A DNA stretch of 64,000 nucleotides from an uncultured Alphaproteobacteria bacterium (GCA_944391495.1 CALXTU010000004.1:5041-69040); one strand, 5' to 3'; positions 7,468 to 16,460 are shown, counted from the stretch's first letter. The notes: a model not told the origin generated them from the letters alone. Numbers and translations: made by a program.

Positions 7468-8472
7468 ATGCTCAAATACGCGCTTATCGGTTATCAAAAT
7501 ACTTTGGCTCATAATATTCTCGATTTGCTGGCAGCAAGGGGAGTTGCCGCGGCGGACGTCGGCGTCTTTGCCGCGAAGTTTACCGGCCGGCCCAAAGTTT
7601 CGTTCGGTGATAATGAGCTTGAGGTGCAGTCTTTACATGACTTGAAACCCGAAGAATTTGCCGCGGTTATTTTTACTGCCGACGAAAATGCCGCCGCGCA
7701 ATATGCGCCGAAATTTGCCGCTGCCGGTGCCAAAGTCATTAATGCAACGATGGCTTTGGAAGGGGAGGCGGAAATCCCGATGATTGTCGGCGGGGTTAAC
7801 GACGCGTCGCTTGCCGCCGCCCGCAAAGGCATTATCAATGTGCCGCAGCCGCCGGTGGTGCAGCTTTTGGGTGCTTTGGCCGGTCTGACGACCAAATACC
7901 GGATTAAAAGCATCCGCCTGACGGCTTTTATGGCTGCCGATACGGAAGGTCAGGACGGTATGAGCGAGCTTTATAACGCCACCCGTCGTATTTTGATGAA
8001 TGATACGGCCTCGTCAACCGGCGGGCTGTTTCATAAAACACTGGCCTTTAACATTATTCCGCAGGCCGGTTCTTTTATCGGCGAAGAAACACTGGCCGAA
8101 TGGCTCTACAATTCGCACGGCAAACAAGTTTTGGGCGACGGTGTCAAAATTCACGCCAACTGCGCCGTTGTTCCGGTGTTTGTCGGCACGGGCCAATATG
8201 TTAACGTCGAAACGTTTGATGAAATCGACGCCGACCTGGCGCGTGAGGATATCAAAAAAGCCAAAGGCGTCTTGGTGGTAGACCGCCAGGAAGACGGCGG
8301 CTGTGCGTCGTTGACGGATGTTCAGGGCGAGAGCAGCATTTTTGTCAGCCGCATCCGTCAGGACATGACGGTCGAAAACGGCATCAGCCTGTGGGTTGCC
8401 GGCGATGCCGGCCGGATTGCCGCACAAAATATTCTGGCATTGTTAAAACAATTTCTGAAAAAGGATAAATAA
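7468..8472 (+). CDS. Aspartate-semialdehyde dehydrogenase-fold protein lacking the catalytic residues (pseudoenzyme)
   Basis: Aligns along its length with short-form Asd, but GATGAVG is GYQNTLA, NPNCST is NVPQPPV, STYQAVSGAG is TAFMAADTEG and the GHS histidine is GTG. The Asd C-terminal dimerisation motif (LWVAGD...) is retained. Confidence 0.6.
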   Translation: MLKYALIGYQNTLAHNILDLLAARGVAAADVGVFAAKFTGRPKVSFGDNELEVQSLHDLKPEEFAAVIFTADENAAAQYAPKFAAAGAKVINATMALEGEAEIPMIVGGVNDASLAAARKGIINVPQPPVVQLLGALAGLTTKYRIKSIRLTAFMAADTEGQDGMSELYNATRRILMNDTASSTGGLFHKTLAFNIIPQAGSFIGEETLAEWLYNSHGKQVLGDGVKIHANCAVVPVFVGTGQYVNVETFDEIDADLAREDIKKAKGVLVVDRQEDGGCASLTDVQGESSIFVSRIRQDMTVENGISLWVAGDAGRIAAQNILALLKQFLKKDK

Positions 8473-10901
8473 TGAAAAAATGGCTTGCGTTTTTGTTATG
8501 TTTTCTGCTGGCATCACCGTTATGTCTGGCGGCATCGTCCCGGCTTGATGACCTGGGCAACGATTTAAGTTACAGCAGGATATCGTCCCGCCTCGGGAAA
8601 ATAGAAAAGCTGACGCAGGCCGAAAAGCCGGATATTGACGCCATGGTCGACGAGTTGTCGTATCTGAACGAAACCGCCGCCGCACTTGATACCAGCCGCC
8701 GGAGCACCTCCGAAGCCATCGCCCGTACGGAAAAGCGGATTGAGGCTTTGGGCGAAGTCAACGATGATTTGCCCGAGGCAAGGGTTATTTCGCAAAAACG
8801 CCGGGAATATAACCAAGAGCTTGCTGATGAAAAAGCCCGCCTGTCCGAGATAGAAATATTGACGGCCAAAATAGATGAAATAAGTTTGAAAATTTTTGAT
8901 ATCCGCAACCAGGAGCTTTGGGGTAATCTGCTCAATTCCGAAGGCGCGTTGATTAATCCGGGTGTGTTCTGGCGGGCCGGCAGCGAGTTGGTCGCGTTCG
9001 GAATGGATATCGTCAAGTCGCCGTTTGTCCGTTATGCCGAACTGACGGCAGACCAGAAAGTATCTCTGCGCAACAATATTATCCTGATGGTTGTGGTCAT
9101 CACCTTTATCAGTCTGCTCGGTCTTTGGCTGCGGCGTTTTGTCATTCGCCGTTGGGGATATCGCGTTGATATCGAGGCGCCGCGTCTGGGGCGTAAAATC
9201 ATAGCCGCTTTTGCCGTCTGGTGTGCCTACGGCATCATTCCGACGGCCATCATCGGGTTCTGCCTTTACTGGATTTTAACCGCCGGTATTTTAAGCAGCG
9301 GCTTTTTCGGCGTGGTTTTGTCAAGCGCATTGTATTATCTGCTCTATATCATCATCGGCCGGGCCACCTGTCGGGTTGTCTTTACGCCGTATAATGAAAA
9401 ATGGCGTCTGATTAATATGCCGACTGACAAAGCCCGCAGGTTAACCAGAGTTATTTACCTGACCATCGCTCTGGTCGGTATCATGGCATTCCTGCAGCAT
9501 ATTGTCGCGGTCGGCAAATATTCGCTGGAGCTTTTGTCTTGCCTGCTGGCCATATCCTCCGTGATTAAGGCATTTTGCGTGGTATGGATTGCGCATATTT
9601 ACTTTGCGCCGCTTTCGACCGAGCTTGAGGAAGATGACGACAACGGCACTGAAGATACCGAGGAAGACGAGAAAGAAGGCAGGGCTTTCCGTATCGGAAT
9701 GTTAATCAGCCTTTTTGCACTGGGTATTATCGGGCTGTCGATGTTCGGCTATCCGCGTCTGGCATCGTTTATTATCAACAATTCGATTTTGTCGGCGATT
9801 GTTATAGCGGTGTTCAGCATTTTGCGCCGGTTGATATACGATGTCGTTCAGCATGTTTTGCTGATGGGGCTTTGGGTCAAAACTTTCCGGATGCGCCGGC
9901 GCTTTTTGCGCAAGCTTGATTTTTGGTTTGGTATTATCGCCGAACCCGTATTGATATTGCTGCTGCTCGGTGCTTTGTTGCTGTTGTGGGGTGTACCGTT
10001 TGACGTGCTTAAAGGGGCGGTTTATAAAGCCGTTTCTGGTTTTATGGTCGGCGGAATTGAAATCTCGCTGATATCCATTTTCTGGGGCGTTGTGATTTTT
10101 GTCCTCTGCTTATGGATTATCAGATTCGTACGCTACCGCATTGAGTTCCGGCTCCTGGAAAAAACCAATATCGACGCCGGCACCAAACATTCGCTGGCCT
10201 CAGGCTTTGCCTATATTGCCTATGTCCTGGCGGGTATCCTGTCCATCGCCGTTATGGGCGGCAACTTAACCAACATTGCCCTGATTGCCGGTGCGTTGTC
10301 GGTTGGTGTCGGCTTGGGCTTGCAGGATATCGTCAACAACTTCATGTCGGGTATCGTTATGCTGTTTGAGCGCCCGATTAAAGTCGGCGACTGGGTTGTC
10401 ATCAACGGCGAGGAAGGCAAGGTAAAGCAGATTAACATTCGCTCGACCGAGGTTGAAACCTTTAACCGCCACAGCGTCATTATTCCGAACTCGACGGTTC
10501 TGTCCAATTCGGTGACCAACCTGACGCACGAAAACAACTGGGTTCGCTATTCGGTCAAAGTCGGCGTTGCTTACGGTACCGATGTCGAAAAGGTTAAAAA
10601 CATTTTGTTGGAATGTGCCGCTTCACACCCCAAAGTATCCAAAAAGCAGGCTCCCTATGTTTTGTTCCAGGATTTCGGCGAGAGCAGTCTTGATTTTGAG
10701 CTGCGCTTTTACGTCACCGATATCTGGAACGGCTGGACGGCGCCGAGTGATGTCCGCTATACAATCAACCGCCGGTTTATTGAAGAAGGCATAGAAATAC
10801 CGTTCCGCCAGATGGTTATCCACCACGGTAGTTCGGTTGCCGTTGAAACCGACAGTCAGTTCTATGCCAGAAAAGGAGCTAAGAAAAAAAATGCTGATTA
10901 A
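8472..10901 (+). CDS. MscS-family mechanosensitive channel (MscK/KefA-like) with signal peptide
   Basis: The C-terminal MscS core is present (GLGLQDIVNNFMSGIVMLFERPIKVGDWV). It has a large N-terminal periplasmic/coiled-coil domain, and the start overlaps the previous stop. Confidence 0.8.
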   Translation: MKKWLAFLLCFLLASPLCLAASSRLDDLGNDLSYSRISSRLGKIEKLTQAEKPDIDAMVDELSYLNETAAALDTSRRSTSEAIARTEKRIEALGEVNDDLPEARVISQKRREYNQELADEKARLSEIEILTAKIDEISLKIFDIRNQELWGNLLNSEGALINPGVFWRAGSELVAFGMDIVKSPFVRYAELTADQKVSLRNNIILMVVVITFISLLGLWLRRFVIRRWGYRVDIEAPRLGRKIIAAFAVWCAYGIIPTAIIGFCLYWILTAGILSSGFFGVVLSSALYYLLYIIIGRATCRVVFTPYNEKWRLINMPTDKARRLTRVIYLTIALVGIMAFLQHIVAVGKYSLELLSCLLAISSVIKAFCVVWIAHIYFAPLSTELEEDDDNGTEDTEEDEKEGRAFRIGMLISLFALGIIGLSMFGYPRLASFIINNSILSAIVIAVFSILRRLIYDVVQHVLLMGLWVKTFRMRRRFLRKLDFWFGIIAEPVLILLLLGALLLLWGVPFDVLKGAVYKAVSGFMVGGIEISLISIFWGVVIFVLCLWIIRFVRYRIEFRLLEKTNIDAGTKHSLASGFAYIAYVLAGILSIAVMGGNLTNIALIAGALSVGVGLGLQDIVNNFMSGIVMLFERPIKVGDWVVINGEEGKVKQINIRSTEVETFNRHSVIIPNSTVLSNSVTNLTHENNWVRYSVKVGVAYGTDVEKVKNILLECAASHPKVSKKQAPYVLFQDFGESSLDFELRFYVTDIWNGWTAPSDVRYTINRRFIEEGIEIPFRQMVIHHGSSVAVETDSQFYARKGAKKKNAD

Positions 10902-12207
10902 AGATTTGGCCGATAAAAACATCATCATCTGGGGGCTCGGCACTGAGGGCCGTGCCGTTAAAGACTACCTCGAAAAACATCGGCTCGGCCGCAATATATG
11001 GATTTATAATGATGCCGACGGCGTTGAGCGTCTGAACGAACTGGCCTCCCGGGCCGATGTTCTGGTGCGTTCTCCCGGGGTGAGTATTTATAAGCCGGAG
11101 TTTCTGCGCTTAAAGGAGCAGGGGCTTGCCATAACCTCCAGCACCAACCTGTTTTTGGCCGAGATGAAAGCCAACCGTCCGCACACCAGAGTTATCGGTG
11201 TCACCGGTTCCAAGGGTAAATCAACCAGTGTCAGCATGATGTATCATATGATGCAAGGGCTGGGGTTGAAAGTAGCCCTCGGCGGCAACATCGGTAAAGC
11301 GCTGATAGAACTGGTCGACGAGGATAACGATTACGTTATCGGCGAATTTTCGAGTTATCAGGCGTCGGATTTGGAAAATTCGCCCGATGTGGTAATGTTT
11401 ACCAACCTGTTTTCAGTGCATACCGACTGGCACGGCGGGCATGAGGGCTATTGCCGCGACAAAGTGCATCTGGCCGCCAAGGCCGGTATGGCGGTGGTTA
11501 ACGCCGAAAACGCCGAGCTGATGCACTACACGTCGGATTTGCCGCACCGTATGTTTTACCAAAAAGAGGAGGGCTTTCACGCCGTCGGCAAAGAGCTCTA
11601 TTATCAGAACGAGCCGGTCTGCAATATAGATTCGCTGCGGATAAGCGGCAATCACAACATGGCCAATCTGGCCGGCGTTATGACGGTTTTGGACTATCTG
11701 GGACTGGACTGGCGGCGGGCGTTGAGCTTTTTGCCGTCGTTTGAGCCGCTGCCGCACCGCCTGCAAAAAATCGGCCGCGTTGGCAATATCCTGTTCATCA
11801 ACGACAGCATTTCCACCGCGCCGGAAGCGGCTATCGGCGGTATGCAGAGTTTTGACGACACTATGGCGATAATATCCGGCGGAATTGAAAACAAACAGGA
11901 CTATACCGACTACGCCAAATTTATCGAGGCCAACCCCAAGGTTAAGGTGGCGGTAACGCTGTTCCAATGCGGTCATCAGATTGCCGAAAGTATCAGAAAA
12001 TATGTCCGCCGGCCGGATTTTAAATTGATTGAGGCCGAGAGCTTGCAAGAAGCTGTCAACGCCGCCTATAAAGAATTGCAAAAAGTCGGCGGCACGCTGG
12101 TTTTGTTCTCGCCGACAGCGCCGAGTTTCGGCTATTACAAAAACTTTATGGAGCGCGGCGAAGACTTTATTAATTGTGTTAAAAAGCTTGCCGCCGGTGT
12201 CAAATAA
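10891..12207 (+). CDS. murD: Mur ligase family protein, MurD-like
   Basis: GLGTEG, the GVTGSKGKST P-loop, EFSSYQ and NDSISTAP motifs are present. The AGGAG ribosome-binding site and start overlap the 3' end of the channel gene by 11 nt. Confidence 0.65.
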   Translation: MLIKDLADKNIIIWGLGTEGRAVKDYLEKHRLGRNIWIYNDADGVERLNELASRADVLVRSPGVSIYKPEFLRLKEQGLAITSSTNLFLAEMKANRPHTRVIGVTGSKGKSTSVSMMYHMMQGLGLKVALGGNIGKALIELVDEDNDYVIGEFSSYQASDLENSPDVVMFTNLFSVHTDWHGGHEGYCRDKVHLAAKAGMAVVNAENAELMHYTSDLPHRMFYQKEEGFHAVGKELYYQNEPVCNIDSLRISGNHNMANLAGVMTVLDYLGLDWRRALSFLPSFEPLPHRLQKIGRVGNILFINDSISTAPEAAIGGMQSFDDTMAIISGGIENKQDYTDYAKFIEANPKVKVAVTLFQCGHQIAESIRKYVRRPDFKLIEAESLQEAVNAAYKELQKVGGTLVLFSPTAPSFGYYKNFMERGEDFINCVKKLAAGVK

Positions 12208-12209
12208 AA

Positions 12210-12233
12210 AAACACCCGTACGGGTGTTTTTTT
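12210..12233 (+). terminator. Rho-independent terminator
   Basis: acacccg-ta-cgggtgt hairpin followed by a T-tract. Confidence 0.7.
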
Positions 12234-12257
12234 ATAAAAATGGTGCGAGATACTATG

Positions 12258-12290
12258 CAATTATCGGACTAATTTTTATAATGATTTTAA
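12258..12290. repeat. Direct repeat flanking fic (left)
   Basis: gcaattatcggactaatttttat recurs, 23 nt perfect, at 13026-13059. Confidence 0.7.
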
Positions 12291-12392
12291 ACAGCTTTAC
12301 CATAAAATTGAACTTATTAATTGTTAGATTTCTAATAATCATCATTAAAACTTAATTGCTTTTTAGTTTTTTATGTTTAAAATTAAATAAAC

Positions 12393-13019
12393 GTGAAAAA
12401 GAGGGAAATAATGGTTTTAGAAAATAAGTTAAATATCACCAATCAATTAGAGTTGAATAAAATAGAAGAAAAGCTTAGTAAAGAAAAAGCTAAAAAACTT
12501 TTTGACAGTGGTAAAATAAATACTCTTAGAGTCGGTACTTTTGCCGGATTGAAGCAGATTCACAAATTTTTATTTGAAGATATTTATGATTTTGCCGGAA
12601 AAATACGGACTGTTAATCTTTCTAAAGGAAATTTTAGATTTGCGCCGGTTATGTACTTAGAGCAAGCCTTAAAACATATAGATAAAATGCCCCAATCAAC
12701 CTTTGATGAAATTGTTGAAAAATATGTTGAAATGAATATAGCTCATCCTTTTAGAGAAGGAAATGGTCGCGCTACCCGAATTTGGCTGGATTTAATCTTC
12801 AAAAAAGAACTAAAAATGGTGGTTGATTGGAATAAAATTGATAAATCCGACTATCTGTCCGCTATGGAAAGAAGCCCAATTAAAGATATTGAAATAAAAC
12901 ATCTCTTAAAAAATGCCCTTACTGATAGAATTAATGAAAGAGAAGTATTCATGAAAGGAATTGATGTTAGTTATTATTACGAAGGCTATGATGAATACGA
13001 CATCCATAAGCTGATGTAA
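12393..13019 (+). CDS. fic: Fic/Doc family protein (AMPylator-type)
   Basis: Canonical HPFREGNGR Fic motif. Size and layout resemble E. coli Fic. An alternative start exists at 12411. Confidence 0.85.
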   Translation: MKKREIMVLENKLNITNQLELNKIEEKLSKEKAKKLFDSGKINTLRVGTFAGLKQIHKFLFEDIYDFAGKIRTVNLSKGNFRFAPVMYLEQALKHIDKMPQSTFDEIVEKYVEMNIAHPFREGNGRATRIWLDLIFKKELKMVVDWNKIDKSDYLSAMERSPIKDIEIKHLLKNALTDRINEREVFMKGIDVSYYYEGYDEYDIHKLM

Positions 13020-13025
13020 GATTAA

Positions 13026-13059
13026 GCAATTATCGGACTAATTTTTATGATAATTTTAA
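13026..13059. repeat. Direct repeat flanking fic (right)
   Basis: See left copy. Confidence 0.7.
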
Positions 13060-13412
13060 GCTTTTGAGTAAGAAAATTGAAAATTGTATGCGATGATTGG
13101 CTTACCTTGAGGATATATATTTCTTTTTATCTCTTTTGAATTTTTATAAATTATTTCTTGTAACAAAGTTCCATCAGGCCTGTAACCTCGACTAATGCCA
13201 TCCATTTTGCCGTTTTTATACTGAGCCTCCAAAAGAACTTTTCCATTCGGATAATAGACATACACAATACCATTTATAGGTTCTTTATTAACATTATAGC
13301 GTATTCCATCTATTAGTTTTGTATTTTCCATAGTATACCTATCTTGAGCTAAACAATTACAGCTCAAGATAGATATAAAAAAAATGATTTTCAAAATATT
13401 ATTCATCTTCAA
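13056..13412 (-). CDS. YwqK-family (MORN-variant repeat) secreted protein, immunity-like
   Basis: Signal peptide followed by repeated YxNGK...G..Y units (YYPNGKVLLEAQYKNGKMDG...). Confidence 0.55.
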   Translation of the reverse strand: MKMNNILKIIFFISILSCNCLAQDRYTMENTKLIDGIRYNVNKEPINGIVYVYYPNGKVLLEAQYKNGKMDGISRGYRPDGTLLQEIIYKNSKEIKRNIYPQGKPIIAYNFQFSYSKA

Positions 13413-14337
13413 CTAAATGTTTACATTTTTTCCATTCTTTATGAATATTATCATAAAAATACCAGTTTTCTTTAACATTTTCTGCATATCCTAAAATGTC
13501 AGTACTGGCAGCATTGATACTAGGATAGCTTTTGCCGTTTTTGGGGCAAATGATTTTATCTCCTTCTTTTTTTAATTCGTAGATATTTCCTTTTTGATTA
13601 CCCCTTTTCATACTTCTTTTAATAATGGTCCCTTCGGGAATTTTTTTAGTATCAATTTGACCTTTATATGTTCTGAATATCGGAGAAACAAACTCGGAAA
13701 TAACATCTTTATTATCAGTTTTAAGCTCAGGAGTATTTTCAAATTTTTTAGCATCAAAATTGAAATCTATAGGTGTTTGTAACAAATTCTCATATTTTTC
13801 GGAGAATGTGACACCATCTTGAATATAGTGTATTAAATCAATTAAATTATTAAGATCTGTTCTATATGGAAGTATTAAAGAGTCTTCATATCCATTTGAT
13901 TCTCGAGTTTCTAATTCTGTAGATATAAAATCCCTACATACATTTAATATATTATAAACTTTTTGAATCTCTTTGATTGTTCTTGCAAGTTTTGGATTTG
14001 TTGTTGTTGCTAATAATTCATATTCTCCATTTTCTAAAGCAGAATAAATTTCATAAGTATCTTGTTTTTTTACAATAATATTAGATTGAGGAATGTTATT
14101 ATATGTTTGTATTAAATCAAGCATCAATTGGCAAGCTAATGCTTGTTTTCCTAATTTTGATATATCGGTTCTTCCTGATAGCCAATTATTTGCGGTAGAT
14201 TCGGAAACATCTAATAAATTAGAAATTTCTTCAGCATCACTATGTTTGTTTAAGTCAAAATTATCAACATCAATAGCTTTATTTTTTGCTATTTCTTTTA
14301 AAAATTTTTCAGCTTCATAATATGTAAAGTTTTTCAT
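13399..14337 (-). CDS. HTH (XRE-like) domain protein with unknown C-terminal domain
   Basis: A helix-turn-helix at about residues 30-65. The 3' end overlaps the ywqK-like gene. Confidence 0.45.
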   Translation of the reverse strand: MKNFTYYEAEKFLKEIAKNKAIDVDNFDLNKHSDAEEISNLLDVSESTANNWLSGRTDISKLGKQALACQLMLDLIQTYNNIPQSNIIVKKQDTYEIYSALENGEYELLATTTNPKLARTIKEIQKVYNILNVCRDFISTELETRESNGYEDSLILPYRTDLNNLIDLIHYIQDGVTFSEKYENLLQTPIDFNFDAKKFENTPELKTDNKDVISEFVSPIFRTYKGQIDTKKIPEGTIIKRSMKRGNQKGNIYELKKEGDKIICPKNGKSYPSINAASTDILGYAENVKENWYFYDNIHKEWKKCKHLVEDE

Positions 14338-14649
14338 GTTTTTCTCCTAAAAAATATTAAATATGCAAAACATATGCATTATTTTTTATAAAATGTCAAT
14401 AGCAATTTTATTACTTTTTAATAAATGCTACAATTCATTAATGAAAAAATAAAACTATTAGCGCTGTTTTATTTATTTTTTCATTATACTTATAAAAAAT
14501 ATCACATTTTATATGATTGGAATTTGAAATGGTAAATTATAAAAGCTTTATTTTCTTAGTTTTCGCTTAAAAAGTCCGATAAGTTTATAAAAATCGTCAA
14601 ATTAAAAACATCTAAAATCGGACTGATTGAAATCCTTGGAATACATACA

Positions 14650-14676
14650 AAAAAAGCACCTCAAAGGGTGCATTAT
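14650..14676 (-). terminator. Terminator downstream of tRNA-Thr
   Basis: gcaccctttgaggtgc hairpin followed by a T-tract on the minus strand. Confidence 0.5.
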
Positions 14677-14682
14677 CAAAAA

Positions 14683-14758
14683 TGGTGCCGCAGAGTGGAC
14701 TCGAACCACCGACCTATTGATTACGAATCAATTGCTCTACCAGCTGAGCTACTACGGC
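14683..14758 (-). tRNA. tRNA-Thr (anticodon CGU)
   Basis: A cloverleaf can be drawn by hand: a 7-bp acceptor stem, anticodon loop TTCGTAA, a GGTTCGAGTCC T-arm and an encoded CCA. Confidence 0.9.
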
Positions 14759-14903
14759 ATCAGGCAAATTCGGAAACCCTTTTATTATACTTTTTTTCTT
14801 TTTGCAAGTCTTTTTATGCGGTTTGTGATTTTTGCAGTAATTTAATTCTCTTGAAAAATTGTTTTTACGAACTTTCGCCGATAGGTTACGGAACTTTGTT
14901 GTA

Positions 14904-14934
14904 GAAAAGACCCCCTGAGTTTTTGCTCAGGGTT
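14904..14934 (-). terminator. Terminator after dut
   Basis: ccctgagcaaaaactcaggg hairpin followed by a T-rich tail on the minus strand. Confidence 0.5.
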
Positions 14935-14940
14935 TCTTTT

Positions 14941-15390
14941 TCATCTGATGCCGCTGGAGCCGAAACCTTTGCCGCCGCGCTCGGTTTCGCTCAAAATTTC
15001 CGCCGCGCAAACCTCCGGCTTAAAAACCGGACACACCACAATCTGCGCGATTCTGTCCAGCGGTTTTATTTCAAAATCAAAATCGTTAAAGTTCATGATA
15101 TTGACCTTTATTTCGCCGCGATAAGCGGCGTCAACCGTACCGAACTGGGCGATAACGCCGTTTTTGGTCAGTCCGGAACGCGGCCGGATCTGAATTTCGG
15201 CCGACCAGCCGTCCGCGGCCGGATACCCCGTCAGCTCCAGACATATTCCGGCCGGAATGGTGGCGATTCCCTTGGCCGGAATAATCCACGATTCGTCAAT
15301 TGCGGCACGAATGTCATAACCGCTGTCGCCGTCTTTGGATGCAAGCGGCGGCAGGCTTGAGTTTAAGTATTTCACTTTTAGTTGCATCAA
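14941..15390 (-). CDS. dut: dUTP diphosphatase
   Basis: dUTPase motifs are present (AGxDLR-like, GLT/VxG, RSGxG, the C-terminal motif V). Confidence 0.9.
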   Translation of the reverse strand: MMQLKVKYLNSSLPPLASKDGDSGYDIRAAIDESWIIPAKGIATIPAGICLELTGYPAADGWSAEIQIRPRSGLTKNGVIAQFGTVDAAYRGEIKVNIMNFNDFDFEIKPLDRIAQIVVCPVFKPEVCAAEILSETERGGKGFGSSGIR

Positions 15391-15558
15391 TTCGTCTCCT
15401 GATTGAAATTAACTTTATATTAACCGGATATTACTAATCTGACAATGCCAAACATAAACATACCAAAATATACTTTATTAGTATTTTGAAATATTTTGTG
15501 ACTTGGCAACGACTAAAAATTGCAATAGTCTGTTTTGCGTAGTCAGAAAAAGGCTACG

Positions 15559-15574
15559 TTGTTAAATTTAACAA
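15559..15574. promoter_or_regulatory. Perfect 16-bp palindrome TTGTTAAATTTAACAA just upstream of the OMP gene's ribosome-binding site
   Basis: Perfect inverted repeat 16 nt upstream of ATG 15590. Confidence 0.4.
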
Positions 15575-15589
15575 ACAAGGAGACTTTTT

Positions 15590-16387
15590 ATGAAATTTAG
15601 AACTATGTTGCTTGCTTCTGCAGCAGTTATGTTTACTTCTTCCGCTTTTGCGGCGGATATTACCAATCCGTTCTTCCTGCCGACACAGGGCAAATTCCTG
15701 TCCGACACATCTGTAGAGTTCTCTCGTGTTAAATGGGAAGGCGAAGACGGCGGTGCTTCTAAAGATTTGTATGCCAATGAGAGATTGTCTTTTGGTTTGA
15801 CCGATAATTTGGCTGTATTTGCTAGCATTGGTAATACTTTTGATTATGATAAGAGTGAAACTTTGAACAACGACCACAACTTCGATTATGAGTTGGGTGT
15901 TGCTTATAACCACAACTTTGGCAAAGTTTTGACTCAGGTTGGTGCTTCTTATTGGACATATGATCCGCAGAGCTGGTATGGACAGAATTACAGCGATGAT
16001 GAGATGGGCGACCGTTGGGAAAAAGAAATCAACGCTCACGTAATGTTGGGTTATGCGATGGATTGCGGTTTCACGCCGTACACCTCTTTCTCGGTTAATG
16101 CCGATATTGACAGAGACAACAACGAGCAGAGATATGCTTGGTTTGTCGGCGCTCACAAAGCCTGGAGCAAAGCTTCGGTTGACGGCGGTTTCCGTTATGA
16201 ATTCGGTGACGAAGAGGAAGATAGAGGCGACGGCCACAACGAGGATCTGTACCTCCAGTTGGCGGCTAACTACTTCGTAACCGACAACTTCACCGTTGGT
16301 GTATATGGCGACTACAATTTGATGCCTGAAGACAAAGATACAAAATATGACTACACCATTGGTTTGAATGCCAAAGTATTGTTCTAA
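15590..16387 (+). CDS. Outer-membrane beta-barrel protein (porin/surface antigen-like)
   Basis: Signal peptide, alternating amphipathic strands rich in Y/G/D/N, and a C-terminal Phe. Confidence 0.65.
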   Translation: MKFRTMLLASAAVMFTSSAFAADITNPFFLPTQGKFLSDTSVEFSRVKWEGEDGGASKDLYANERLSFGLTDNLAVFASIGNTFDYDKSETLNNDHNFDYELGVAYNHNFGKVLTQVGASYWTYDPQSWYGQNYSDDEMGDRWEKEINAHVMLGYAMDCGFTPYTSFSVNADIDRDNNEQRYAWFVGAHKAWSKASVDGGFRYEFGDEEEDRGDGHNEDLYLQLAANYFVTDNFTVGVYGDYNLMPEDKDTKYDYTIGLNAKVLF

Positions 16388-16420
16388 ATTTCATACTGAT
16401 TCAGAATAATATTTTGAATA

Positions 16421-16460
16421 AAAGGCACTCTTTTTTATCTGAAAAGGGTGCCTTTTTTCT
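16421..16460 (+). terminator. Rho-independent terminator
   Basis: aggcac...gtgcct hairpin followed by a T-tract. Confidence 0.55.

Larger units (their letters stand above)
12240..14682. mobile_element. Degraded AT-rich genomic islet at the 3' end of tRNA-Thr (no integrase left)
   Basis: Composition shifts sharply to AT-rich. It directly abuts the tRNA 3' end. It carries repeated copies of a tatcggact motif and fic, ywqK-like and HTH genes. Confidence 0.4.

Noticed and set aside
14627-14904. ORFs 14627-14845 and 14668-14904 on the plus strand
   Set aside because: They run through the tRNA-Thr gene and its terminator. They are spurious.
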